From Gammaproteobacteria bacterium (GTDB lineage: Bacteria > Pseudomonadota > Gammaproteobacteria > Eutrophobiales > Eutrophobiaceae): a stretch of 64,000 bases of DNA. A model generated the notes under the pieces. It made no database searches, was not told the DNA's origin, and was given only the letters and a program-made list of their open reading frames with translations. How positions within the stretch are numbered: the stretch's first letter is position 1; each line of letters opens with the position of its first letter. Positions 38,408-48,821 of the stretch are shown piece by piece. A program made the translations under genes and the position numbers. Location: assembly GCA_965222155.1 (NCBI GenBank), contig CBDCTH010000012.1, positions 1,376,001 through 1,440,000 of the forward strand. Direction: 5' to 3'.

Positions 38408-39463
38408 TTATGTGAGCCCCAGAAGCCGGCGATTGCCCTCTTCATCAGTCCCGCTATCGGCAAAATCGTCAAAGGAACGCTCCGTTACCCGTATGATATG
38501 TTCCCTGATGAACTCAGCACCTTCCCGGGCGCCATCTTCCGGGTGCTTCAAACAGCACTCCCATTCGAGCACCGCCCAGCCGACGAAATCGTTTGCAGCC
38601 ATTTTTGAAAAGATCGACTTAAAATCAACCTGGCCATCCCCTAAAGAACGAAAACGACCTGCCCGATCTACCCAGGATTGGTAACCGGAATACACCCCCT
38701 GGCGGCCACTGGGATTAAATTCGGCATCCTTGACATGGAAAGCCTTAATTCTTTCCTGATAGATATCAATAAATGACAGGTAATCAAGTTGCTGTAAAAC
38801 GAAGTGGCTTGGATCGTATAAAATGTTACAGCGTGAATGGGAGTTGACTCGTTCCAGAAACATTTCAAAAGACGCTCCATCAAATAAATCTTCACCCGGA
38901 TGGATCTCGTAACACAAATCTACCCCGGCATCGTCAAATACATCCAGTATTGGCAGCCAGCGTTTCGCCAGTTCGTCAAAGGCAGTTTCAACCAGGCCAG
39001 CTGGACGCTGCGGCCAGGGATAGACGTATGGCCATGCCAAAGCCCCTGAAAACGTAGCGTGTGATACCAGTCCAAGATTGGCGGATGCCTTGGCTGCGTT
39101 GTACATCTGTTCTACAGCCCAGCGCTGGCGAGCCGTGGGGTTGCCGCGCACTTCCGGTGCAGCGAAGCCATCGAAAGCAGTATCATAGGCAGGGTGTACA
39201 GCTATTAACTGTCCTTGCAGGTGTGTGGCGAGTTCCGTAATTTCCAGACCATGTTGACCGACAATGCCCTTCACTTCATCACAGTAAGCTTCGCTCTCTG
39301 CCGCTCTCGACAAATCAAATATACGCGTATCCCAGGATGGGATCTGAATACCTTTAAAACCTAATGACGCAGCCCATTCAGTAATGGAATCCAGACTGTT
39401 AAAAGGTGCTTGATCGCCGGCAAATTGCGCAAGGAAAATGGCCGGACCTTTGACTGTTCTCAT
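38408..39463 (-). CDS. Sugar phosphate isomerase/epimerase (xylose isomerase-like TIM barrel)
   Basis: YEIHPGED, YDPSH, FHVKD, LEWE. Confidence 0.9.
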   Translation of the reverse strand: MRTVKGPAIFLAQFAGDQAPFNSLDSITEWAASLGFKGIQIPSWDTRIFDLSRAAESEAYCDEVKGIVGQHGLEITELATHLQGQLIAVHPAYDTAFDGFAAPEVRGNPTARQRWAVEQMYNAAKASANLGLVSHATFSGALAWPYVYPWPQRPAGLVETAFDELAKRWLPILDVFDDAGVDLCYEIHPGEDLFDGASFEMFLERVNSHSRCNILYDPSHFVLQQLDYLSFIDIYQERIKAFHVKDAEFNPSGRQGVYSGYQSWVDRAGRFRSLGDGQVDFKSIFSKMAANDFVGWAVLEWECCLKHPEDGAREGAEFIREHIIRVTERSFDDFADSGTDEEGNRRLLGLT

Positions 39464-39495
39464 GGATGCTCCCCCTAAATCATTCTCGGCAGACG

Positions 39496-39505
39496 ATAAC
39501 GTTAT
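39496..39505. promoter_or_regulatory. Possible LacI-family operator
   Basis: Palindrome ATAACGTTAT with a central CG, in the divergent promoter region of the sugar cluster. Confidence 0.4.
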
Positions 39506-39760
39506 TGCGCTGTGATTAAATTATAAGCATAACTTATCAATTATTCGGAAAATTGAGTACATATCAACTAGTATACAGTATTGGAAAACTGGGGCAGACT
39601 CATCTGGATGCCATGAAAAAGTGTACTGGCACTCCGGAATAGTCGCTGTGAATAGCCCCGTAGGCCCTGTTCCACGGGGCTAACTTTTCCGATTGTCTTA
39701 CTGATTGCGGAGTCATTACGATTTTGCAATTGCTGTTAAATGTGAACGAGGGGGGATCAG

Positions 39761-41950
39761 ATGAGCAGCCAAAAGACCAGACCATTGTACTTCACAGGCC
39801 TGATTGTATTCATTATTTCAATTGCTGCTACACCAGCCGCCATAAGCCAGGAGAATGAAAATAATCCTGATACGGGCGTGCTCGAGGAGATAGTGGTCAC
39901 GGCGGAAAAACGCCAGGCCACACTTCAGGACACTGCGATTTCCATCACTGCAGTAACTGGAGACATGATGAGGCGCATGGGCGTGCGCGACATCAGCGAC
40001 CTTATCAGCATGGTGCCTAATATGCGGGTTGCCGACAGTCGCGAGGATTTCATCATCAACGTCAGGGGTATTCAATCCAATAACACGACGGAAGTGGGTG
40101 ACCCCGCAGTCGCGGTACATATCGATGGCGTCTATCGTCCGCGCCCAAGGGGGGCGAGAGCGCTTTTTTTCGATACTGAGCGTGTCGAGGTGTTAAGAGG
40201 CCCCCAGGGAACGATTTACGGGCGAAATGCGACCGCAGGTAATGTCAACATCATTACGAATAAACCGGGAAATGAATTCGATGCATCGGCGGAGGTATCG
40301 TACGGAAACTACGATAATATCAGCGCGACAGGCATGATCAATGTACCGGTAATCGATGATCGGCTCATGCTGCGGGCAGCGGTTCTGACCAATGACCGGG
40401 ACGGTTTCAACATCAACAACCGCGCGGTGAAGTCAATAAAAAATACCAATGATGCCGACCAGTTTGCAGCCCGTGGGCACATCCTGGCAAGACCAACAGA
40501 TAACCTTTCTGTCCTGGTGTCGGCAAACTATCAGGAGATCAGGGGTGTCGGACAATCCAGAGCCTTTCTCAACCTGATTGAAGATCCCGGTAACGAGCGT
40601 GTTTTTTCCCTGGACTCGCAAAATTCAATTGCAATTGATGTGTATGGTATTTCCACCGAGATAAACTGGCAGTTCGGGAATATGGAGATGACATATCTGG
40701 GCGCCCGCCAGGTTGACGATATGAAGAACCAGCTCCAGGACTGTGATCAGACGACACCCATCGGCGCTTTTGCCATATTCAGTGGTGACAGTGTCTGCGA
40801 ATTCGGCCCGTTCTCCCAGGACAGTCAATCCTGGTCCCATGAATTTCGAGTCAATTCAACCGATCCGGATGCGCGGATACGCTGGCTGGGCGGTCTGTAC
40901 TACTTTGACGAAGATCAGGATGCTCACCTGGTGTTCAATCCTAACCCCGGCGGAATCAGCCTGGTTTTTGACCAGCACAGCACCGGATCGCTTACGAAGG
41001 CGGTGTTCGGCCAGGTTGATCTCAGTGTTACGGAGCAGATTGAACTTGTCGGTGGTATTCGCTACACCGATGATGAGAAAGCGCGGTATGGAGAGACCAG
41101 AACCGTTATTGCAGATATTCTGGTAGTTGGAGTAAGTCCGAATATAGGCAAGACCACATCAACGAGCACCGACTGGAAAGCGGGGATCAACTGGCATTTT
41201 TCCGATGACGCATTATATTATTTCAGTGCAGGCACGGGCTACAAGGCGGGCGGTTTCAGTGATGGGGTAGGTTTTCCCTACCTGAAAGAGGATGTGAAAT
41301 CCTATGAAATCGGCGCGAAACACACCTTGCTCGACGGCCGGCTGCAACTGAATACTGCTGTTTTCTACATGGACTATACCGACCTGCAGGTTTCCTCGGT
41401 CGGGACCGGTCCGAATGGTCTGCCAGGGTTGTTTACCAGTAATGCTGCGGCCGCGACAAACTGGGGATTTGAACTGGAAGGCAAAGTCGTACTGGTGGAG
41501 AATGCCCTGCTCGATTTTGCCTTGTCATACCTCGATGCTGAATACGATGAATTCATTACCGACGATCCAACTATCCCCGGATTGACGGCGGAGGACCTCG
41601 CCGGCAAGGACCTGACCAATTCACCCAACTGGACATTAAATATCGGGGCGGAGTATCAGTTCAGTCTTGGCGCGATGGGTACACTCACCCCCCGGATCAA
41701 TTTCTATTTCAATGATGATATGTACCTCAGGGAGTTCAATAAACCGATCGACAAACAGGATTCCTTCACCAAGACGGATATCGTAGTGGGCTATCGCCAC
41801 ACGGGAGGCAACCTCTACGTTGAGGGGTATGTAAACAATGTTGAAAATGAAGACGTGAGGTCATTGATGCAATCTTTCCCCGGCCATGGCCTCCAGTTCC
41901 AGTTGGCTGAGCCCAGGACATACGGAGTACGAATCGGCTACGAGATGTGA
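39761..41950 (+). CDS. TonB-dependent receptor
   Basis: LEEIVVTAEKR, RVEVLRGPQGTIYGRNA, PRTYGVRIGY. Confidence 0.95.
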   Translation: MSSQKTRPLYFTGLIVFIISIAATPAAISQENENNPDTGVLEEIVVTAEKRQATLQDTAISITAVTGDMMRRMGVRDISDLISMVPNMRVADSREDFIINVRGIQSNNTTEVGDPAVAVHIDGVYRPRPRGARALFFDTERVEVLRGPQGTIYGRNATAGNVNIITNKPGNEFDASAEVSYGNYDNISATGMINVPVIDDRLMLRAAVLTNDRDGFNINNRAVKSIKNTNDADQFAARGHILARPTDNLSVLVSANYQEIRGVGQSRAFLNLIEDPGNERVFSLDSQNSIAIDVYGISTEINWQFGNMEMTYLGARQVDDMKNQLQDCDQTTPIGAFAIFSGDSVCEFGPFSQDSQSWSHEFRVNSTDPDARIRWLGGLYYFDEDQDAHLVFNPNPGGISLVFDQHSTGSLTKAVFGQVDLSVTEQIELVGGIRYTDDEKARYGETRTVIADILVVGVSPNIGKTTSTSTDWKAGINWHFSDDALYYFSAGTGYKAGGFSDGVGFPYLKEDVKSYEIGAKHTLLDGRLQLNTAVFYMDYTDLQVSSVGTGPNGLPGLFTSNAAAATNWGFELEGKVVLVENALLDFALSYLDAEYDEFITDDPTIPGLTAEDLAGKDLTNSPNWTLNIGAEYQFSLGAMGTLTPRINFYFNDDMYLREFNKPIDKQDSFTKTDIVVGYRHTGGNLYVEGYVNNVENEDVRSLMQSFPGHGLQFQLAEPRTYGVRIGYEM

Positions 41951-41954
41951 TTGC

Positions 41955-42911
41955 ATGGACCGAAGAACTTGCATCAAGCTGGCGCTCCTTGCCGCCGGCG
42001 GTTTGCTAAGCAATTCAATACTAGCGCAGCCGTCTACTTCGTCCAGGAGATGGGGTGGAATTCGGGAAAACCTGGGTTTCGAACTATTTACCGTACGTCA
42101 TTTGCTGGCTGAAGACTTCAGAGGCACGCTTGAGGCTATAGCCGCAATCGGGTATCGCGAATTCGAAATGGTTGGTTTCGGCGGATCGATATTCCTTGAT
42201 GACCCTCTATACGGATATACCTCCAGAGAGTTCAGGCAATTGCTTGATGATCTGGGTGTACGCGTGCCTACCGCCCAGTTTTCCGGCCGGGCGGAAAACC
42301 TTGGTGAAATAGCTGCGACGGCGAACGAGATTGGCATCGAATATCTGATACTGGGAATGCCTCCTGAATTTCTGTCAATTACGCCGGATGGAGTGACTGT
42401 ATCCGGTGTTACGGGACTCGACCAGGTCAAACGGATTGTGGACCGTCTGAATGGTCTCGGAGAGACTTTCAGGCAGCATGGAATTGGTTTCGCGTTCCAT
42501 AATCACCATATGGAGTTTGCGTGCGTGGGTGAGCAGACCGCTTATGACTTTATTATGAGACACACTGATTCGGATCTCGTAAAAATGGAATTTGATGCGG
42601 GGTGGGCGGCAGTCGCCGGCGTGGAAGCAGGCGATTATCTTGCCCGTTATCCAGGTAGATTTATCGCAACCCACATGAAAGATTATGATCCACGGCGGCC
42701 ACGGAGTGAGGCATCGGCCCGGTCCCCCATACCGGAGATGACACAACTGGTAACGCCTGGAGACGGCACGGTTAACTTCGGTGCAATAATGGCTGAGATG
42801 GAGCGTACCGGTGTCAGACACGCATACGTGGAAGTCGATCTTCCGGACGATGCGCTGGATACTGCGCGCCGCGCCTACCACTATCTTAGTAACCTCAATT
42901 ATTCCGCATGA
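41955..42911 (+). CDS. Sugar phosphate isomerase/epimerase, Tat-like signal
   Basis: MDRRTCIK; FHNH..EF, EFD.GW, HMKD, VE.D. Confidence 0.87.
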   Translation: MDRRTCIKLALLAAGGLLSNSILAQPSTSSRRWGGIRENLGFELFTVRHLLAEDFRGTLEAIAAIGYREFEMVGFGGSIFLDDPLYGYTSREFRQLLDDLGVRVPTAQFSGRAENLGEIAATANEIGIEYLILGMPPEFLSITPDGVTVSGVTGLDQVKRIVDRLNGLGETFRQHGIGFAFHNHHMEFACVGEQTAYDFIMRHTDSDLVKMEFDAGWAAVAGVEAGDYLARYPGRFIATHMKDYDPRRPRSEASARSPIPEMTQLVTPGDGTVNFGAIMAEMERTGVRHAYVEVDLPDDALDTARRAYHYLSNLNYSA

Positions 42912-43483
42912 AGCGTCGCACCTTTCTCGCTGCTTCAGCCGTATTCGGTGGAATGGTGTCTGCTACGGTACAGCAGGCTCTGATTGCTGTCGCAAATGCA
43001 GGTGAGGTGAATAGTGTTCTCGATTCGCAAAGACGTCGTTGCCTTGAAGCGCTGGTTGAGCGCATCATACCCGCCACCGACACACCTGGCGCCCTTGAGG
43101 CCGGCGTACCCGATTTCATTGAGCTTATACTTGCGAAGGGGTTTGTGGCGGACGACGCAAAACGGTTCATTGCCGGGATCGACGAAGTGGAGGACTTGAG
43201 TCACGGCAATTACGGAAGTGATTACATTATGCTGAGCGCTGCTCAACAGGACACGATATTGACCCGACTGGAGCAGAATACAGCAACATTGAAGCAGGAT
43301 GACCCTACACCGTTTTTTCAGGTGCTAAAGGAACTTACCCTGGTCGGTTATTATACCTCGGAGATTGGCGCCACCGAGGAAATTCGATACCTGCCCGCTC
43401 CCGGTCGTTATGATGGGTGCGTTGAGTGGAAAGAAGGGGATCGTGTTTTTTTCTTCGGTTCACCACTGGATAAGTTCATATGA
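42908..43483 (+). CDS. Gluconate 2-dehydrogenase subunit 3-like (Tat) protein
   Basis: KRRTFL; IIP.TDTPGA, GYYTSEIG. Confidence 0.9.
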   Translation: MKRRTFLAASAVFGGMVSATVQQALIAVANAGEVNSVLDSQRRRCLEALVERIIPATDTPGALEAGVPDFIELILAKGFVADDAKRFIAGIDEVEDLSHGNYGSDYIMLSAAQQDTILTRLEQNTATLKQDDPTPFFQVLKELTLVGYYTSEIGATEEIRYLPAPGRYDGCVEWKEGDRVFFFGSPLDKFI

Positions 43484-45189
43484 ACACACAAAGTATATCC
43501 GATATCACAGATTTCGACGCTATCGTCATCGGTTCAGGGATCACAGGCGGTTGGGCGGCGAAGGAACTATGTGAGGCCGGGCTTAAGGTTTTGATGCTGG
43601 AACGTGGTCGCAATGTAGAACATATCAAGGACTACACGACCGAGCACAAGGCCCCCTGGGAAATGCAGTTCAGGGGAGAAGGTTCACAGCAGGAGAATCA
43701 GCGGGATTATGCCCTTCAAAGTACCCATTGGTTGTTCAACGAATATTCACAACAGTATTTCGTCAAGGATGCGGATCACCCTTATATCTCTGATCCTGAT
43801 CACCCGTTCAAATGGTACCGGGGTTACCAGGTCGGCGGGCGTTCCCTGATTTGGGGGCGCCAGTCCCTGCGCTGGAGTGACCTCGACTTCGAGGCCAATG
43901 CCAAAGACAGGCACGGCATCGACTGGCCGATTCGCTATCGCGACATTGCCCCCTGGTACGAGTACGTTGAGGATTTTATCGGTGTCAGTGGTGAGGCGTT
44001 AGGGCTACCGCAACTGCCGGACGGAAAGTTCCTGCCACCTATGCAGTTTAACTGTGCAGAGCAATTTTTCAAGGATAAGGTTGAAACAATTTTTCCTGAC
44101 CGGGTGGTGGCCATGGGTCGCGCTGCTGTCAATACTGTTCCGCATCGCGGGCGGGGGGCGTGTCACTATTGCGGTCCCTGTGAGCGCGGCTGCTCAGTCG
44201 GCGCCTATTTCAGCACACAAAGCTCTACCCTGCCGGCGGCACAGGCAACCGATAATCTCACACTGAAAGCGGATCAGATTGTGGAGCGGGTTAATTACGA
44301 AAATGAATCGAAGCGCGCGAGTAGTGTTTCTGTCATCGACGCAAATACCCGCGAACGTCAGAATTACTCTGCACGCGTGATCTTCGTCTGCGCATCGACT
44401 GTCGCCAGTAATCATATTTTGCTCAATTCGCGCTCAGAGTCTTTTCCCACCGGCCTCGGTAACTCAAGTGGGACGCTGGGCCACTATCTGATGGATCACG
44501 CCTTTGCGGTAGCCGTAACCGCGCGTTTTCCCGGCATGCGCGACCGTTATTACTACGGCAACAGACCGAACACTATCTATGTTCCCAGGTTTCGTAACCT
44601 GGCTGACTCACAGGCGCAAGAAGCATATATTCGCGGTTACGCTTACCAGGGCAGGGCCTGGCGTCCGGGGTGGCGCCGCGGTTACTCACTGCCGGGCTTC
44701 GGCGCAGACTTAAAACAGGAGTTACGCCGGCCGGGACCCTGGGTACTGGTCCTGGTCACGGAGGGCGAATGCTTGCCGCGCTACGACAACGCGATTGAAT
44801 TGGACGACAAACAGACCGATAAATGGAATATACCGCAGATACGCATTCGGTTCGATTGGGGAGAAAACGAGCTTAAGCTTGCCGAGGATGGAAGACAGCA
44901 GGCGATCGCGATGGCGGAGACTGCGGGCTGCGAGATATTATCATCGTCCAATGAACTCATGCCTGGCGGTGCCGGCATTCACGAGATGGGCGGTATTCGC
45001 ATGGGACACGATCCCCGTGAGTCGGTCTTGAACAGCCACAACCAGATGCATGATGTCCCCAATGTATTCGTTACCGACGGGTCGTGCATGACGTCCTCCG
45101 GCTGGACAAATCCATCCTTGAATTATATGGCGCTGACCGCGCGGGCATGTGCTTACGCAGTTGAACAGCTAAAAACGGGTGTTATTTGA
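43480..45189 (+). CDS. GMC oxidoreductase (glycoside 3-dehydrogenase-like)
   Basis: GSGITGGWAAKEL, CHYCGPCERGC, IHEMGG, NPSL..MAL. Confidence 0.92.
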   Translation: MNTQSISDITDFDAIVIGSGITGGWAAKELCEAGLKVLMLERGRNVEHIKDYTTEHKAPWEMQFRGEGSQQENQRDYALQSTHWLFNEYSQQYFVKDADHPYISDPDHPFKWYRGYQVGGRSLIWGRQSLRWSDLDFEANAKDRHGIDWPIRYRDIAPWYEYVEDFIGVSGEALGLPQLPDGKFLPPMQFNCAEQFFKDKVETIFPDRVVAMGRAAVNTVPHRGRGACHYCGPCERGCSVGAYFSTQSSTLPAAQATDNLTLKADQIVERVNYENESKRASSVSVIDANTRERQNYSARVIFVCASTVASNHILLNSRSESFPTGLGNSSGTLGHYLMDHAFAVAVTARFPGMRDRYYYGNRPNTIYVPRFRNLADSQAQEAYIRGYAYQGRAWRPGWRRGYSLPGFGADLKQELRRPGPWVLVLVTEGECLPRYDNAIELDDKQTDKWNIPQIRIRFDWGENELKLAEDGRQQAIAMAETAGCEILSSSNELMPGGAGIHEMGGIRMGHDPRESVLNSHNQMHDVPNVFVTDGSCMTSSGWTNPSLNYMALTARACAYAVEQLKTGVI

Positions 45190-45234
45190 GATAACAGCCG
45201 GCCGCTATTTGCATCCAGCCAGGCTGAATCCGTA

Positions 45235-46449
45235 ATGGGCGCCATCTATATCGTTGTAACCTGCGATACCAAAGGCCATGAAGCCGATTGGCTGCGGAAC
45301 CGTTTTCTGGAACTCGGCGCGCAGGTTTGCCTGCTTGATGCCGGATGTCTTGGCACTCCCCAGACCTCCCCTGATATTCCGCGTGAGGCCGTTTTCCATG
45401 CTGCAGGCACAACCCATTCCGAAGCCGTTCGCCGTGGTGATCGAGGTGTGGCAGTTGACGCCGCGGCGAAAGGCGCCGCAGAGATCGTGCGTCAGGCATT
45501 CGAACATAATGAACTCAGCGGAGTAATTGGCCTCGGCGGATCGGCAGGAACCACGATCGGTACCGCGGCCATGCGAGCGCTGCCCATCGGGATTCCAAAG
45601 ATCATGATCTCAACCTTGACTTCCGGGGATGTGCGCGCCTACGTGCGTGATAAAGACATTGTAATGTGGAACCCGGTTGTTGACGTTGCAGGAATGAACC
45701 GGATAAGCCGTATGGTGCTTGGTAATGCCGCTGCGGCAATGGTCGGTATGGTGAATGCTATACCCATGGATAATGAGTCCCCGGAGCGTCCAATCATTGC
45801 GGCCACGATGTTTGGCGTCACAACACCCTGTGTAGATCATGCACGCGGACTCCTTGAAGATACCGGGTACGAGGTCTTGATCTTCCATGCAACCGGTACC
45901 GGAGGTGAGACACTGGAAGCGCTTGCGCGTGAAGGCTTGTTCGCGGGGGTACTCGATATAACTACAACCGAGATTGCAGACGAATTAGTAGGAGGCGTCC
46001 TTTCGGCGGGCCCGGATCGCTTGAGTGCGGCGGCGCAAGCCGGTATACCCCAGGTGGTTTCCGTGGGCGCCACCGACATGGTGAATTTTCTGGCCCGTGA
46101 TACAGTCCCCGAGTGTTTCGCACAACGTACCTTTTATCAGCATAACGCTAATGTTACGCTTATGCGTACGACGATAGAGGAGAACCATAAGATTGGTGCA
46201 GCGATCGGAGCCAGGGTCGCGAAATCAAAAGGCCCGGCTGCAATGCTGCTGCCGCTCAAGGGCGTTTCAGCTATGGATCGAGAGGGGAAGCCGTTCCATT
46301 CGCCGCACGCGCGTGCGACCTTGTTTGAAGCCGTGCGTCAAAACTGCGGCAGCGTGCCTTGCATTGAACTCGATTTACATATTAATGACCCGGAGTTTGC
46401 GGCAATGTCAGCCAACAAGCTCCTGGAGTTGATACAGGAAGGGATTTAG
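45235..46449 (+). CDS. UPF0261 / Tm-1-like ATP-binding domain protein
   Basis: T.DTKG.E, GGS.GT, TMFGVTTPCV, FHATG.GG, GATDMVNF. Confidence 0.9.
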   Translation: MGAIYIVVTCDTKGHEADWLRNRFLELGAQVCLLDAGCLGTPQTSPDIPREAVFHAAGTTHSEAVRRGDRGVAVDAAAKGAAEIVRQAFEHNELSGVIGLGGSAGTTIGTAAMRALPIGIPKIMISTLTSGDVRAYVRDKDIVMWNPVVDVAGMNRISRMVLGNAAAAMVGMVNAIPMDNESPERPIIAATMFGVTTPCVDHARGLLEDTGYEVLIFHATGTGGETLEALAREGLFAGVLDITTTEIADELVGGVLSAGPDRLSAAAQAGIPQVVSVGATDMVNFLARDTVPECFAQRTFYQHNANVTLMRTTIEENHKIGAAIGARVAKSKGPAAMLLPLKGVSAMDREGKPFHSPHARATLFEAVRQNCGSVPCIELDLHINDPEFAAMSANKLLELIQEGI

Positions 46450-47301
46450 ATGAAAGCAGTTATAGACAATTCACGTAGTGCGATTCTGAAGCGGTTCCAC
46501 GGCCAGATTGTCCGTAGTGAACCAATTATCGGCGGTGGTGCCGGCGTCGGTATTTCCGCCAAGAGCGAGGAGGCAGGCGGCATCGATCTGATCATCATCT
46601 ACAATTCGGGGCGCTATAGAATGGCGGGACGTGGTTCGACGGCCGGTCTCATGCCCTACGGTAACGCCAATGAGATCGTGAAGGAGATGGCGTACGAAAT
46701 TATTCCGGTGGTGAAGAAGACCCCGGTGATTGCCGGAGTTTGCGGAACCGATCCGTTCATTATCCCACACCTTTTCCTGCGTGAACTGAGTGAACTCGGG
46801 TTTGCCGGAATCCAGAATTTTCCCACAGTTGGTCTGTGCGATGGTCAGTTTCGCAATTCACTGGAGGAGACCGGCATGAGCTTCAAGCTGGAAGTTGATA
46901 TCATAGCCCTTGCCCACGAGATGGACCTGCTGACCACACCCTATGTGTTCAATACCGAAGAGGCCAGGTGGATGACGGAGGCCGGCGCTGATATCGTGGT
47001 CGCTCATATGGGCTGCACCAGTGGCGGATCCATTGGCGCAAAGAATGTTACTCCGCTTGATGAATGCGTGATCAGGGTTCAGGAAATAGTCGATGTCTGC
47101 AAGTCCATCCGAACCGATGTCATCTGTCTTTGCCATGGCGGCCCGATCGCTATGCCGGATGATGCTGCATATATCATTGAAAATGTCCGGGGCGTAGACG
47201 GGTTTTATGGGGCAAGTTCTACCGAGCGATTCCCGACCGAGATTGCCATCAGGAAACAAGTCGAAGCATTCAAGGCAATTCGCCTGCCGAATGGAGATTG
47301 A
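46450..47301 (+). CDS. Tm-1-like TIM-barrel (PEP hydrolase-like) protein
   Basis: [37 protein letters not shown]. Confidence 0.9.
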   Translation: MKAVIDNSRSAILKRFHGQIVRSEPIIGGGAGVGISAKSEEAGGIDLIIIYNSGRYRMAGRGSTAGLMPYGNANEIVKEMAYEIIPVVKKTPVIAGVCGTDPFIIPHLFLRELSELGFAGIQNFPTVGLCDGQFRNSLEETGMSFKLEVDIIALAHEMDLLTTPYVFNTEEARWMTEAGADIVVAHMGCTSGGSIGAKNVTPLDECVIRVQEIVDVCKSIRTDVICLCHGGPIAMPDDAAYIIENVRGVDGFYGASSTERFPTEIAIRKQVEAFKAIRLPNGD

Positions 47302-47303
47302 GC

Positions 47304-47729
47304 ATGTCTGATATATGCAATTGCCTGCGCTTTGTGAGTGGCTCAGAGGTAGAAATAGAGGAGTTACCCTGGGGACCGCATGAATGGCTGGTCAAGGAAG
47401 GCCTGACCGATAACGAACACCTGATGCTGGTGCGCGTGTGTATGCCGCCGGGTTGTGCCCACCAGTTTCATCGTCATCCACATATGGAAGAGATACTTTA
47501 CTACCTTGAGGGCCGGGCTCAGCAGTGGGTCGGCGAGCAACAGCGCATTCTGGGTCCGGGAGATGTCGCCCATATCCCCATGAACGAAGTACACGGGACC
47601 TACAATGTTTTTGAAGAACCCGTCACCTTTCTGGCTATTCTGGGACCGGCAAAAATACAGGGTCCGATGCTGATCGACGTCTACAAGGACGAACCGTGGT
47701 GCTCAATCAAGCACCCCATGGAATATTGA
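47304..47729 (+). CDS. Cupin domain protein
   Basis: H.FHRHPHMEE and IP..EVH metal motif. Confidence 0.88.
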   Translation: MSDICNCLRFVSGSEVEIEELPWGPHEWLVKEGLTDNEHLMLVRVCMPPGCAHQFHRHPHMEEILYYLEGRAQQWVGEQQRILGPGDVAHIPMNEVHGTYNVFEEPVTFLAILGPAKIQGPMLIDVYKDEPWCSIKHPMEY

Positions 47730-47833
47730 ATGACATGGCCGGGGAGTGGATAAAGATCAGATGGTGCTGTCGTTACCTTCTGTGGCCCGCATCTTTAACA
47801 GGCAAAAGCAGTAGATCGAAATAGGAGAGTGTT

Positions 47834-48808
47834 ATGAAACGTAGAACCTGTGTCAAACTTGGGTTGCTTTCGACAGGTGCAATCCTGTCGGGACTCGGAC
47901 CAATACTCGGTGTGTCTGCTAATGCAGATATGGAGACTTCCAACAAGGGTAATGGCTTTAGATCCATTCAAGCGAACCTGGGAATTGAGTTGTACCTGGT
48001 GCGCAGCGTGTTACAACAGGATTTCGAGGGCACACTCAATACATTAGCGGAGATTGGCTACAGCGAAGTAGAACTGTTCGGCTTCGGTCAAACGATATTC
48101 GTTGATGATCCCCTGTTTGGCTATAGCCCGCATGCAATGAAGCAATTGCTCGAGGACTTTGGTTTTGGGCTACACAGTGTGATGTATTCCGGGGCTGCCG
48201 ATGATCTGGCAAAGGCCGCAGTCACGGCAAATGAACTGGGCGCCTCTTATCTGATTGAGGGAATGGCTGGAGAGTTTATTGAGAGAAGGCCGGAAGGACC
48301 CATTGTATCCGGAGTGACGGGCATCGATCAGGTTAAACGGATTGCCGACCGATTGAATACATTTGGTCAAATCTGCAAAAATAACGCCATCGGTTTCGCC
48401 TATCACAACCATCATATGGAGTTTGTACAACTGGGAGATGAGCCGGCCTATGACATTATCCTCCGGGAAACTGATCCGGAACTGGTAAAAATGGAGCTTG
48501 ATGTAGGCTGGGCCAAGGTTGCCGGTGCCGACAGTGCAGGCTACATCGAGCGTTATCCCGGGAGGTTTATCGCCTGCCACTTCAAGGATTACAATCCCGG
48601 GCTGCCTCCGTCAGAGAATTTTCCAATACCTGAGATGACGCAATTAGTCGCACCTGGTGACGGAACGGTTGATTATGCAAAGATAATGGCCGCAATGGAC
48701 CGCACCGGTGTTGAGCATGCTTACGTCGAAGTCGATCTGACGGACGAACCGTTAAAGCTGGCGCAGCGAGCCTTTACCTACCTTCGCAGTCTGGCGTACT
48801 CCGCCTGA
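47834..48808 (+). CDS. Sugar phosphate isomerase/epimerase, paralogue of 41955..42911
   Basis: MKRRTCVK; shared blocks DDPL.GY, VSGVTG.DQVKRI, PIPEMTQLV.PGDG. Confidence 0.87.
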   Translation: MKRRTCVKLGLLSTGAILSGLGPILGVSANADMETSNKGNGFRSIQANLGIELYLVRSVLQQDFEGTLNTLAEIGYSEVELFGFGQTIFVDDPLFGYSPHAMKQLLEDFGFGLHSVMYSGAADDLAKAAVTANELGASYLIEGMAGEFIERRPEGPIVSGVTGIDQVKRIADRLNTFGQICKNNAIGFAYHNHHMEFVQLGDEPAYDIILRETDPELVKMELDVGWAKVAGADSAGYIERYPGRFIACHFKDYNPGLPPSENFPIPEMTQLVAPGDGTVDYAKIMAAMDRTGVEHAYVEVDLTDEPLKLAQRAFTYLRSLAYSA

Positions 48809-48821
48809 GACGACCCATGTA

